From IMG/VR virus record IMGVR_UViG_2713896828_000008: 8,949 nucleotides of DNA. One strand, given 5' to 3'. Source of the stretch: a virus. Its lineage: Duplodnaviria; Heunggongvirae; Uroviricota; Caudoviricetes. Within the stretch, counting starts at the first letter, position 1; the number at the start of each line of letters is the position of its first letter. Positions 1 through 6,314 of this stretch are shown in pieces. The notes beneath the pieces were generated by a model, which saw nothing but the letters and a program-made list of their open reading frames with translations, ran no database searches and had not been told where the DNA came from. Both the position numbers and the translations under genes were made by a program.

Positions 1-192
1 TCAGGAGCATTTCTGATTAACGCCACCGTTAAGAATCCACCCTTCAACAGCTTCACGAAGGTATGATTTGGGGTGGGTTCTGACTGGCTTCGGAAATCCG
101 TGTCGTTTGGTATAGTTCCAGATTGTCTGACGTGATGAAACACCGAGCTTGTTCATCACTTCTTTCTCAGGAATCAGGCTGGTATCGGTCAT
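1..192 (-). CDS. AlpA-family (P4/CP4-57 type) helix-turn-helix regulator / excisionase-like protein, 63 aa
   Basis: Complete minus-strand ORF: ATG at 192-190, stop at 3-1, GGAG about 8 nt upstream of the ATG. Translation MTDTSLIPEKEVMNKLGVSSRQTIWNYTKRHGFPKP...EAVEGWIL has the HTH followed by the FPKP...W..E.W pattern I associate with AlpA-type regulators. Family assignment is from memory, not a search. Confidence 0.55.
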   Translation of the reverse strand: MTDTSLIPEKEVMNKLGVSSRQTIWNYTKRHGFPKPVRTHPKSYLREAVEGWILNGGVNQKCS

Positions 193-204
193 CTTAATTC
201 TCCA

Positions 205-233
205 GGCAAAAAGAAACCGCCATCAGGCGGCTT
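205..233 (-). terminator. candidate intrinsic terminator on the minus strand between the zinc-ribbon gene and the AlpA-like gene
   Basis: On the minus strand, GC-rich hairpin (plus coordinates 217-221 CCGCC pairing with 226-230 GGCGG, loop ATCA) followed by the run UUCUUUUUG (plus 207-215). It lies only about 13 nt before the AlpA-like start codon, so it may act as an attenuator rather than a full stop. Confidence 0.35.
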
Positions 234-296
234 GGTGTTCTTTCAGTTCTTCAATTCGAATATTGGTTACATTGTTTTCATATATGAATAAATAAA

Positions 297-476
297 TTAG
301 CTTTTTTCGTTGCCTTCGCGTTCTTTATTAATTTTAACAAACTCGTTTTTACCACGCTCTCCAAATGCGTCTTTAGAGTCGTTGTATCCGCAATCGCAGC
401 ACACATAATCACCAGACCATCCACGCATTGTTTTTTCTTTTGCAATATTTCCAGAACCGCATTCTGGGCAAGACAT
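297..476 (-). CDS. small zinc-ribbon protein (CxxC-x19-CxxC), 59 aa, function unknown
   Basis: Hand translation of the minus strand: ATG at 476-474, TAA at 299-297, giving [59 protein letters not shown]. Missing from the ORF track only because it is under 60 aa. CPEC...CCDC spacing fits a zinc ribbon, with a Lys/Glu-rich tail. Confidence 0.55.
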   Translation of the reverse strand: MSCPECGSGNIAKEKTMRGWSGDYVCCDCGYNDSKDAFGERGKNEFVKINKEREGNEKS

Positions 477-488
477 ATCACGAACCTG

Positions 489-1070
489 ATGAAAAAACTG
501 GAGACGATAGGATTCGACACCAAAAAAGACCTGCTTATCTCGGTTGGCGATTTGGTCGATCGCGGTACAGAGAACGTCGAATGCCTGGAATTAATCACAT
601 TCCCCTGGTTCAGAGCTGTACGTGGAAACCATGAGCAAATGATGATTGATGGCTTATCAGAGCGCGGAAACGTCAATCACTGGATGCTTAATGGCGGTGG
701 CTGGTTCTTTAATATCGATTACGACAAAGAAATTCTGGCTAAAGATCTTGCCCATAAAGCAGATGAACTTCCGTTAATCATCGAACTGGTGAGCAAAGAT
801 AAAAAATATGTCATCTGCCACGCCGATTATCCTTGTGACGAATACGAATTTGGAAAGCCAGTTGATCATCAGCAGGTAATCTGGAACCGCGAACGAATCA
901 GCAACTCACAAGACGGGATCGTGAAAGAAATTAAAGGCGCGGACACGTTCATCTTTGGTCATACGCCAGCAGTGAAACCACTCAAGTTTGCCAACCAGAT
1001 GTATATAGATACCGGCGCAGTGTTCTGCGGAAACCTCACATTGATTCAGGTACAGGGAGAAGGCGCATGA
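489..1070 (+). CDS. Ser/Thr protein phosphatase, lambda NinI (ORF221) type, 5'-truncated and possibly inactive
   Basis: 193-aa ORF with metallophosphatase motifs GDLVDRG and RGNHE and near-identity to lambda phosphatase as I recall it. The ORF starts at a position equivalent to about residue 29 of the lambda protein, so the N-terminal GDxHG metal-binding motif is absent. In-frame stop at 405-407 and non-phosphatase sequence upstream; no Shine-Dalgarno before the ATG at 489. Stop overlaps the Q start (ATGA at 1067-1070). Confidence 0.8.
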   Translation: MKKLETIGFDTKKDLLISVGDLVDRGTENVECLELITFPWFRAVRGNHEQMMIDGLSERGNVNHWMLNGGGWFFNIDYDKEILAKDLAHKADELPLIIELVSKDKKYVICHADYPCDEYEFGKPVDHQQVIWNRERISNSQDGIVKEIKGADTFIFGHTPAVKPLKFANQMYIDTGAVFCGNLTLIQVQGEGA

Positions 1071-1690
1071 GACTCGAAAGCGTAGCTAAATTTCATTCGC
1101 CAAAAAGCCCGATGATGAGCGACTCACCACGGGCCACGGCTTCTGACTCTCTTTCCGGTACTGATGTGATGGCTGCTATGGGGATGGCGCAATCACAAGC
1201 CGGATTCGGAATGGCTGCATTCTGCGGTAAGCATGAACTCAGCCAGAACGACAAACAAAAGGCTATCAACTATCTGATGCAATTTGCACACAAGGTATCG
1301 GGGAAATACCGTGGTGTGGCAAAGCTCGAAGGAAATACTAAGGCAAAGGTACTGCAAGTGCTCGCAACATTCGCTTATGCGGATTATTGCCGTAGTGCCG
1401 CGACGCCGGGCGCAAGATGCAGAGATTGCCACGGTACAGGCCGTGCGGTTGATATAGCAAAAACAGAGCAGTGGGGGAGAGTTGTTGAGAAAGAGTGCGG
1501 AAGATGCAAAGGTGTCGGCTATTCAAGAATGCCAGCAAGCGCAGCATATCGCGCTGTAACGATTCTAATCCCAAACCTTACTCAACCCACATGGTCACGC
1601 ACTGTTAAGCCGCTGTATGACGCTCTGGTGGTGCAATGCCACAAAGAAGAGTCAATCGCAGACAACATTTTGAATTCGGTCACACGTTAG
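1067..1690 (+). CDS. Q: late-gene antiterminator Q (lambda type), 207 aa
   Basis: Full-length [31 protein letters not shown]... with zinc-binding CRDCHGTG...CGRCKG, essentially the lambda Q protein as recalled. Sits immediately upstream of a PR'-like promoter and the lysis cassette. Confidence 0.93.
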   Translation: MRLESVAKFHSPKSPMMSDSPRATASDSLSGTDVMAAMGMAQSQAGFGMAAFCGKHELSQNDKQKAINYLMQFAHKVSGKYRGVAKLEGNTKAKVLQVLATFAYADYCRSAATPGARCRDCHGTGRAVDIAKTEQWGRVVEKECGRCKGVGYSRMPASAAYRAVTILIPNLTQPTWSRTVKPLYDALVVQCHKEESIADNILNSVTR

Positions 1691-1732
1691 CAGCATGATT
1701 GCCACGGATGGCAACATATTAACGGCATGATA

Positions 1733-1761
1733 TTGACTTTTTGAATAAAGTTGGGTAAATT
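1733..1761 (+). promoter_or_regulatory. PR'-like late promoter with overlapping Q-utilisation (qut) region
   Basis: -35 TTGACT at 1733-1738 and -10 TAAATT at 1756-1761 with a 17-nt spacer, followed by TTGACCCAACGATGG, which resembles the lambda PR' initial transcribed region. Position (about 45 nt after the Q stop) matches lambda organisation. Confidence 0.6.
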
Positions 1762-1796
1762 TGACCCAACGATGGATAAATGCACTCGTTAAATAA

Positions 1797-1830
1797 AGCC
1801 CTGAGTTAATAGCTCGGGGCTTTTTGCGTT
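1797..1830 (+). terminator. intrinsic terminator in the late leader (tR'-equivalent)
   Basis: Hairpin 1797-1805 AGCCCTGAG pairing with 1813-1821 CTCGGGGCT (9 bp, one G-U wobble, 7-nt loop) followed by TTTTTGCGTTTT at 1821-1830. Confidence 0.6.
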
Positions 1831-1968
1831 TTAAGCACGGCCTTTCTGAAAGCACATCAAACCAAATACCAGACAGACAAAAATAATCACCTTATCCGCT
1901 GTGGCTACGTTGTGGTGTGCTTTGCATAAAAGAAAACCAGCTCAATGGCTGGCTTCGTGAAAGCGGGT

Positions 1969-2004
1969 GGCAGGAGGTCGCGCTAACAACCTCCTGCCGT
2001 TTTG
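1969..2004 (+). other. stable stem-loop followed by a short U-run upstream of S, terminator-like
   Basis: GGCAGGAGG at 1969-1977 pairs perfectly with CCTCCTGCC at 1990-1998 (9 bp, 12-nt loop), then GTTTTG. Lies in the stretch that resumes lambda-like sequence ahead of S. Confidence 0.35.
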
Positions 2005-2102
2005 CCCGTGCATATCGGTCACGAACAAATCTGATTGCTAAACACAGTAGCCTGGATTTGTTCTATCAGTAATCGACCTTATTCCTAATTAAATAGAGCA
2101 AA

Positions 2103-2132
2103 TCCCCTTATTGGGGGTAAGACATGAAGATG
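2103..2132 (+). promoter_or_regulatory. S translational control region: sdi-type hairpin sequestering the SD plus dual start codons (Met1/Met3)
   Basis: CCCC at 2104-2107, TTATT, GGGGG at 2113-2117 forms a hairpin over the G-rich Shine-Dalgarno. S begins ATG-AAG-ATG (2124 and 2130), the lambda S107/S105 dual-start arrangement. Confidence 0.5.
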
Positions 2133-2447
2133 CCAGAAAAACATGACCTGTTAGCCGCCATTCTCGCGGCAAAGGAACAAGGCATCGGGGCAATCCTTGC
2201 GTTTGCAATGGCGTACCTTCGCGGCAGATATAATGGCGGTGCGTTTACAAAAACAGTAATCGACGCAACGATGTGCGCCATTATCGCCTGGTTCATTCGT
2301 GACCTTCTCGACTTCGCCGGACTAAGTAGCAACCTCGCTTATATAACGAGCGTGTTCATCGGCTACATCGGTACTGACTCGATTGGTTCGCTTATCAAAC
2401 GCTTCGCTGCTAAAAAAGCCGGAGTAGAAGATGGTGGAAATCAATAA
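2124..2447 (+). CDS. S: class I holin S (lambda type), 107 aa with dual start
   Basis: [39 protein letters not shown]... with three hydrophobic segments and a charged C-terminus; near-identical to lambda S as recalled. Confidence 0.95.
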   Translation: MKMPEKHDLLAAILAAKEQGIGAILAFAMAYLRGRYNGGAFTKTVIDATMCAIIAWFIRDLLDFAGLSSNLAYITSVFIGYIGTDSIGSLIKRFAAKKAGVEDGGNQ

Positions 2448-2907
2448 TCAACGTAAGGCGTTCCTCGATATGCTGGCGTGGTCAGAGGGAACTGATAACG
2501 GACGACAGAAAACCAGAAATCATGGTTATGACGTCATTGTTGGCGGAGAGCTATTCACTGATTACTCCGATCACCCTCGCAAACTTGTCACGCTAAACCC
2601 AAAACTCAAATCAACAGCAGCCGGACGTTACCAGCTTCTTTCCCGTTGGTGGGATGCCTACCGCAAGCAGCTTGGACTGAAAGACTTCTCTCCGAAAAGC
2701 CAGGACGCTGTGGCATTGCAGCAGATTAAGGAGCGTGGCGCTTTGCCGATGATTGATCGTGGTGATATTCGTCAGGCAATCGACCGTTGCAGCAATATCT
2801 GGGCTTCACTGCCTGGGGCTGGTTATGGTCAGTTCGAGCATAAGGCTGACAGCCTGATTGCAAAATTCAAAGAAGCAGGGGGAACGGTCAGAGAGATTGA
2901 GGTATGA
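2431..2907 (+). CDS. R: endolysin R (lambda-type lytic transglycosylase), 158 aa
   Basis: [51 protein letters not shown]... matches lambda R as recalled. Start overlaps the S end by 17 nt, as in lambda. Confidence 0.95.
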   Translation: MVEINNQRKAFLDMLAWSEGTDNGRQKTRNHGYDVIVGGELFTDYSDHPRKLVTLNPKLKSTAAGRYQLLSRWWDAYRKQLGLKDFSPKSQDAVALQQIKERGALPMIDRGDIRQAIDRCSNIWASLPGAGYGQFEHKADSLIAKFKEAGGTVREIEV

Positions 2908-3341
2908 GCAGAGTCACCGCGATTATCTCCGCTCTGGTTATCTGCATCATCGTCTGTCTGTCATGGGCTGTTAATCATTACCGTGATAACGCCATCGCCT
3001 ATAAAGAACAGCGCGATAAAGCCACGTACATCATCGCTGACATGCAGAAGCGTCAACGTGATGTAGCAGAACTCGACGCCAGATACACAAAGGAGCTTGC
3101 TGATGCTAACGCGACTATCGAAAGTCTCCGTGCTGATGTTTCTGCTGGGCGTAAGCGCCTGCAAGTCGCCGCCACCTGTGCAAGGTCAACGACCAGAGCC
3201 AGCGGCATGGGCGATGGAGAAAGCCCAGGACTTACAGCAGATGCTGAACTCAATTATTACCGTCTCCGAAGTGGAATCGACAAGATAACCGCGCAGGTTA
3301 ACTACCTGCAGGAATACATCAGGATGCAATGCCTGAAATGA
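2904..3341 (+). CDS. Rz: i-spanin Rz, 145 aa
   Basis: N-terminal transmembrane segment ([18 protein letters not shown]) then a charged coiled-coil-like periplasmic domain. Start overlaps the R stop (ATGA at 2904-2907). More diverged from lambda Rz than S and R are from their lambda counterparts. Confidence 0.9.
   Translation: MSRVTAIISALVICIIVCLSWAVNHYRDNAIAYKEQRDKATYIIADMQKRQRDVAELDARYTKELADANATIESLRADVSAGRKRLQVAATCARSTTRASGMGDGESPGLTADAELNYYRLRSGIDKITAQVNYLQEYIRMQCLK
3103..3288 (+). CDS. Rz1: o-spanin Rz1, lipoprotein embedded in the +1 frame of Rz
   Basis: ATG at 3103 preceded by AAGGAG at 3090-3095. Signal peptide [20 protein letters not shown] with a lipobox (VSAC), then a proline-rich mature region [14 protein letters not shown]. 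The track ORF 3097..3288 starts at an upstream TTG; the ATG at 3103 is preferred. Confidence 0.8.
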   Translation: MLTRLSKVSVLMFLLGVSACKSPPPVQGQRPEPAAWAMEKAQDLQQMLNSIITVSEVESTR

Positions 3342-3377
3342 TCGGGCGATGAAAACCAAAAAAAACAGGAGCAATAC

Positions 3378-3653
3378 ATGACTAAGCTTTATCACCGCAT
3401 CTCAACTTTTCTCTCTGGTTGCTGGGCGTTTATCACGTCTATTTCGTTCGCCATCTTTAGTTTCGGTAGCACAGCGTGCTCGCTTAGTCGGGGTCTGTGG
3501 CGTGCTATTTCAGCACTAGCGCCGAAATTTTTACCTGAAAAGGCTGTTTGGCGAATTGTAGAGCGAATGTGTAGTGAGAGCGTTCGCGAGAAGATTAACG
3601 TATTTGGACGTCATCCTCGAAATACAGGCGCATTGTGCAGTCCGTTACTGTAG
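3378..3653 (+). CDS. hypothetical small protein, 91 aa, hydrophobic Cys-containing N-terminus (possible membrane or lipoprotein), function unknown
   Basis: Strong SD (CAGGAGCAATAC-ATG). N-terminus MTKLYHRISTFLSGCWAFITSISFAIFSFGSTAC is a basic n-region plus a long hydrophobic stretch ending in STAC. No recognisable similarity to lambda Bor, which occupies this position in lambda. Confidence 0.5.
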   Translation: MTKLYHRISTFLSGCWAFITSISFAIFSFGSTACSLSRGLWRAISALAPKFLPEKAVWRIVERMCSESVREKINVFGRHPRNTGALCSPLL

Positions 3654-3745
3654 TCATTCCAAATCCCATCTACGGGTGGGCTTGATAATGAAACCGTGAT
3701 TTACATCCCCACAATCCGGGTATGTAAAAGATAGTTCAGGCGAGA

Positions 3746-3765
3746 ACAGATTTAACTAAATCTGT
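3746..3765. repeat. perfect 20-bp palindrome ACAGATTTA-AC-TAAATCTGT, candidate operator for a dimeric DNA-binding protein
   Basis: Arms 3746-3754 and 3757-3765 are exact reverse complements (9 bp each, 2-bp spacer). It sits in a 283-bp intergenic gap, and no U-tract follows on either strand, so it is not a simple terminator. Confidence 0.5.
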
Positions 3766-3936
3766 GCACCACCAGTTGCGGCAGTACAGCGAAACAACCC
3801 AAGCCAGAAAGTGGGGAAATAACACTGGCAGCCACTGAAAGATGAACCTCCAGCCTTATGGCAAAAAAGATTCTTTGTGGTGGCGGACTGATGGAAAGAC
3901 ATCCTAATCAAGCAACCACTCTACAGGGTCATAATT

Positions 3937-4305
3937 ATGAACGACAAGCAAATTGAAAAAGAAATCGCAGCCAAGGGTAAGGCGGCTCGCGTTACTCCTG
4001 AACACATTGCCAGCATAATCGCCAGCGAACATTACTTTACGGCCGCTGATGGTGCTCGCTTTGCTCATGTGCAGAGAAGCGAAACATACAGCGTAAAAAT
4101 CCCAGACCAGCCTGACGAGCTGGAGCTGCTGACATTCTGCGTTCTGGTGCTGAAGAATGGCTTTACGGTCACCGGGGAAAGCGCCTGCGCCAGCCCAGAG
4201 AACTTCGATGAAGAAATCGGGCGCAAGATTGCTCGCCAGAATGCTGTAAACAAAATCTGGATGCTCGAAGGTTACTTGCTGAAGCAGAAGCTAAGCGAAC
4301 AGTAG
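3937..4305 (+). CDS. hypothetical phage protein, 122 aa (possibly Gp49-like family, unverified)
   Basis: Clean ORF MNDKQIEKEIAAKGKAARVTPEHIASIIASEHYF...LTFCVLVLKNGFTVTGESACASPENFDEEIGRKIARQNAVNKIW. Resembles small conserved proteins found near lysis and packaging genes of enterobacterial prophages. Family name is from memory only. Confidence 0.6.
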   Translation: MNDKQIEKEIAAKGKAARVTPEHIASIIASEHYFTAADGARFAHVQRSETYSVKIPDQPDELELLTFCVLVLKNGFTVTGESACASPENFDEEIGRKIARQNAVNKIWMLEGYLLKQKLSEQ

Positions 4306-4408
4306 TTATTACAAAAGCCATTCCCTACAGAGTGGCTTTGATAATGGCTTATACCCTACACGGGATAACTTAACTGATATCCCTTTTAACGGATAAACGG
4401 AGCCAACA

Positions 4409-4651
4409 ATGGCAGAGATTATTCCCATGACTGAAGAACAGAAATTCCAGCTAGAGATTTACAAACTGGTCATGAACCAGAACGCAGCCGCAGAGGAAGC
4501 ATTTCAATTTATTGGCACTGACGAACTGAAGCTTGAGCTATTCAAAATTCACTTCCAGTCAGGCGGCGCTAATTCAGATATCACGACCCGCACAATCGAA
4601 GCGGTGCGTAAATCGAAGGAAGCGTTAGACCTGTTCACTACCGGAGCATAA
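4409..4651 (+). CDS. hypothetical protein, 80 aa, acidic and probably helical, first gene of the packaging operon
   Basis: SD ACGGAG 7 nt upstream of the ATG. Stop at 4649-4651 lies 2 nt before the terS ATG, suggesting translational coupling. Confidence 0.55.
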   Translation: MAEIIPMTEEQKFQLEIYKLVMNQNAAAEEAFQFIGTDELKLELFKIHFQSGGANSDITTRTIEAVRKSKEALDLFTTGA

Positions 4652-4653
4652 AC

Positions 4654-5094
4654 ATGGCGCGCCCAACAAAGTATCAAGAGGCGTATGCCGAACAGGCACG
4701 CAAACTGTGCTTGCTGGGCTACACCGATGCAGAGCTTGCTGATTTCTTCGAAGTCAGTGAGTCAACTATTAACAAGTGGAAGCTCGATTATCCTAAGTTT
4801 TCGGAGTCCATAAAAAAGGGTAAGGCCGTCGCTGATGCAGAAGTTAGTGACCGTCTTTATCAACGCGCTATGGGCTTCGTGGCTCCAGACATCGATATTC
4901 GTGTTATTGAAAACAGAATTGTCGAAACTCCGCTTGAGAAGTATTACCCGCCTGATACAACAGCTGCCATCTTCTGGCTTAAGAACCGACAGAAGGATAA
5001 ATGGCGCGACAAGGTTGATCACGAGCTAACAGGCAAAGACGGCGGCGCAATTCAGATTGAAACATCACCGATGAGCACTCTATTCGGAAAATGA
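4654..5094 (+). CDS. terminase small subunit (TerS), putative, 146 aa
   Basis: Position immediately upstream of terL with ATGA overlap (5091-5094), SD GGAG upstream, HTH-like N-terminus (GYTDAELADFFEVSESTINKW), size typical of P22/Sf6-type small terminases. Confidence 0.6.
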   Translation: MARPTKYQEAYAEQARKLCLLGYTDAELADFFEVSESTINKWKLDYPKFSESIKKGKAVADAEVSDRLYQRAMGFVAPDIDIRVIENRIVETPLEKYYPPDTTAAIFWLKNRQKDKWRDKVDHELTGKDGGAIQIETSPMSTLFGK

Positions 5095-6314
5095 CCTCGA
5101 TTAATCCTATCTTTGAACCGTTCATTGAGGCGCATCGCTACAAAGTCGCCAAAGGCGGTCGAGGTAGCGGTAAGTCATGGGCAATTGCTAGGCTGCTTGT
5201 TGAAGCGGCGCGTCGTCAGCCAGTGCGTATTCTCTGCGCTCGTGAACTGCAAAACAGTATCAGCGATTCGGTAATCCGGTTGCTTGAAGATACCATCGAG
5301 CGGGAAGGGTATTCGGCTGAGTTTGAAATTCAGCGTTCAATGATTCGTCATCTCGGTACGAATGCTGAATTCATGTTCTACGGCATCAAAAACAACCCGA
5401 CGAAGATTAAATCGCTCGAAGGCATTGATATCTGCTGGGTGGAAGAAGCGGAAGCGGTAACGAAGGAATCATGGGATATCCTGATACCAACCATCCGCAA
5501 GCCGTTTTCCGAAATATGGGTGAGCTTTAACCCGAAAAACATCCTCGACGATACCTATCAGCGATTCGTCGTAAATCCTCCCGATGATATTTGTCTGCTG
5601 ACAGTGAACTACACCGACAACCCGCACTTTCCTGAAGTTCTCCGTCTGGAGATGGAAGAGTGTAAACGCAGAAATCCGACACTGTATCGTCACATCTGGC
5701 TTGGTGAGCCAGTAAGCGCAAGTGATATGGCAATCATCAAACGTGAATGGCATGAAGCCGCAACCGATGCGCACAAGAAACTCGGATGGAAAGCGAAAGG
5801 CGCTGTTGTCTCTGCGCATGACCCATCAGATACAGGGCCAGATGCTAAAGGTTATGCATCGCGTCACGGTTCGGTAGTTAAGCGCATTGCTGAAGGTCTG
5901 CTGATGGACATCAACGAGGGTGCTGACTGGGCTACTTCGCTGGCGATTGAAGACGGTGCTGACCACTACCTGTGGGATGGCGATGGCGTTGGTGCCGGGC
6001 TACGCAGACAGACAACGGAAGCGTTCTCCGGCAAGAAAATCACCGCCACGATGTTCAAGGGCAGCGAATCGCCATTCGATGAAGATGCTCCGTATCAGGC
6101 CGGAGCATGGGCTGATGAAGTAGTACAGGGCGACAACGTTCGCACTATTGGCGATGTGTTCCGCAATAAGCGAGCGCAATTCTATTACGCGCTGGCTGAC
6201 AGGCTGTATCTAACCTGCAGAAGCTTGGTAAGGTTGCTGATAACGAGACTATTTCAAAACTTCAGTCCTATCGTGATGAGCTTGTTCGCAATGCTGGTCC
6301 AGATGGTCCGGTAA
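5091..6314 (+). CDS. terminase large subunit (TerL), C-terminally disrupted; ATPase domain intact
   Basis: Walker A VAKGGRGSGKS and Walker B-like DICWVEEAE. N-terminus resembles P22/Sf6-type large terminases as recalled. The last ~30 codons (about 6215-6314, ...LTCRSLVRLLITRLFQNFSPIVMSLFAMLVQMVR) look like out-of-frame low-complexity sequence and the ORF is about 60-90 aa short of typical TerL length. Likely a pseudogene or truncated allele. Confidence 0.85.
   Translation: MTSINPIFEPFIEAHRYKVAKGGRGSGKSWAIARLLVEAARRQPVRILCARELQNSISDSVIRLLEDTIEREGYSAEFEIQRSMIRHLGTNAEFMFYGIKNNPTKIKSLEGIDICWVEEAEAVTKESWDILIPTIRKPFSEIWVSFNPKNILDDTYQRFVVNPPDDICLLTVNYTDNPHFPEVLRLEMEECKRRNPTLYRHIWLGEPVSASDMAIIKREWHEAATDAHKKLGWKAKGAVVSAHDPSDTGPDAKGYASRHGSVVKRIAEGLLMDINEGADWATSLAIEDGADHYLWDGDGVGAGLRRQTTEAFSGKKITATMFKGSESPFDEDAPYQAGAWADEVVQGDNVRTIGDVFRNKRAQFYYALADRLYLTCRSLVRLLITRLFQNFSPIVMSLFAMLVQMVR

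Noticed and set aside
428-634. 68-aa plus-strand ORF starting at a TTG
   Set aside because: Alternative frame overlapping the phosphatase gene; Arg-rich, out-of-frame-looking translation and no SD.
278-676. 132-aa minus-strand ORF from the track
   Set aside because: Runs antisense across the phosphatase gene with low-complexity translation. The real minus-strand gene in this region is the 59-aa zinc-ribbon ORF (297-476) in a different frame.
1193-1574. Two minus-strand ORFs (79 and 78 aa) inside Q
   Set aside because: Antisense to a well-supported, lambda-identical Q gene; no independent support.
1652-1855. 67-aa minus-strand ORF across the PR' promoter and terminator
   Set aside because: Overlaps the Q 3' end, promoter and terminator hairpin; no SD. 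The region is better explained as regulatory DNA.
1831-2123. Looked for a toxin-type moron (as in Stx phages) between Q and S
   Set aside because: No ORF longer than about 13 codons with a start codon on either strand in this interval; it appears to be leader and regulatory sequence only.
2108-3395. Minus-strand ORFs antisense to S, R and Rz (2108-2332, 2961-3164, 3053-3253, 3186-3395) and the TTG-extended Rz1 start at 3097
   Set aside because: All lie inside strongly supported lysis genes. For Rz1 the ATG at 3103 with an upstream AAGGAG is the better start.
4314-4341. Hairpin AAAGCCA...TGGCTTT after the 122-aa gene as a possible terminator
   Set aside because: No U-tract on the plus strand. 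The modest T-run is on the minus strand, where no gene is being terminated. Recorded as part of the repeated boundary motif instead.
4065-6123. Overlapping ORFs within the gp49-like gene, terS and terL (4065-4253 -, 4762-5022 -, 4835-5029 +, 5469-5819 -, 5527-5733 -, 5920-6123 +)
   Set aside because: Embedded in or antisense to better-supported genes, with composition typical of wrong-frame translation.
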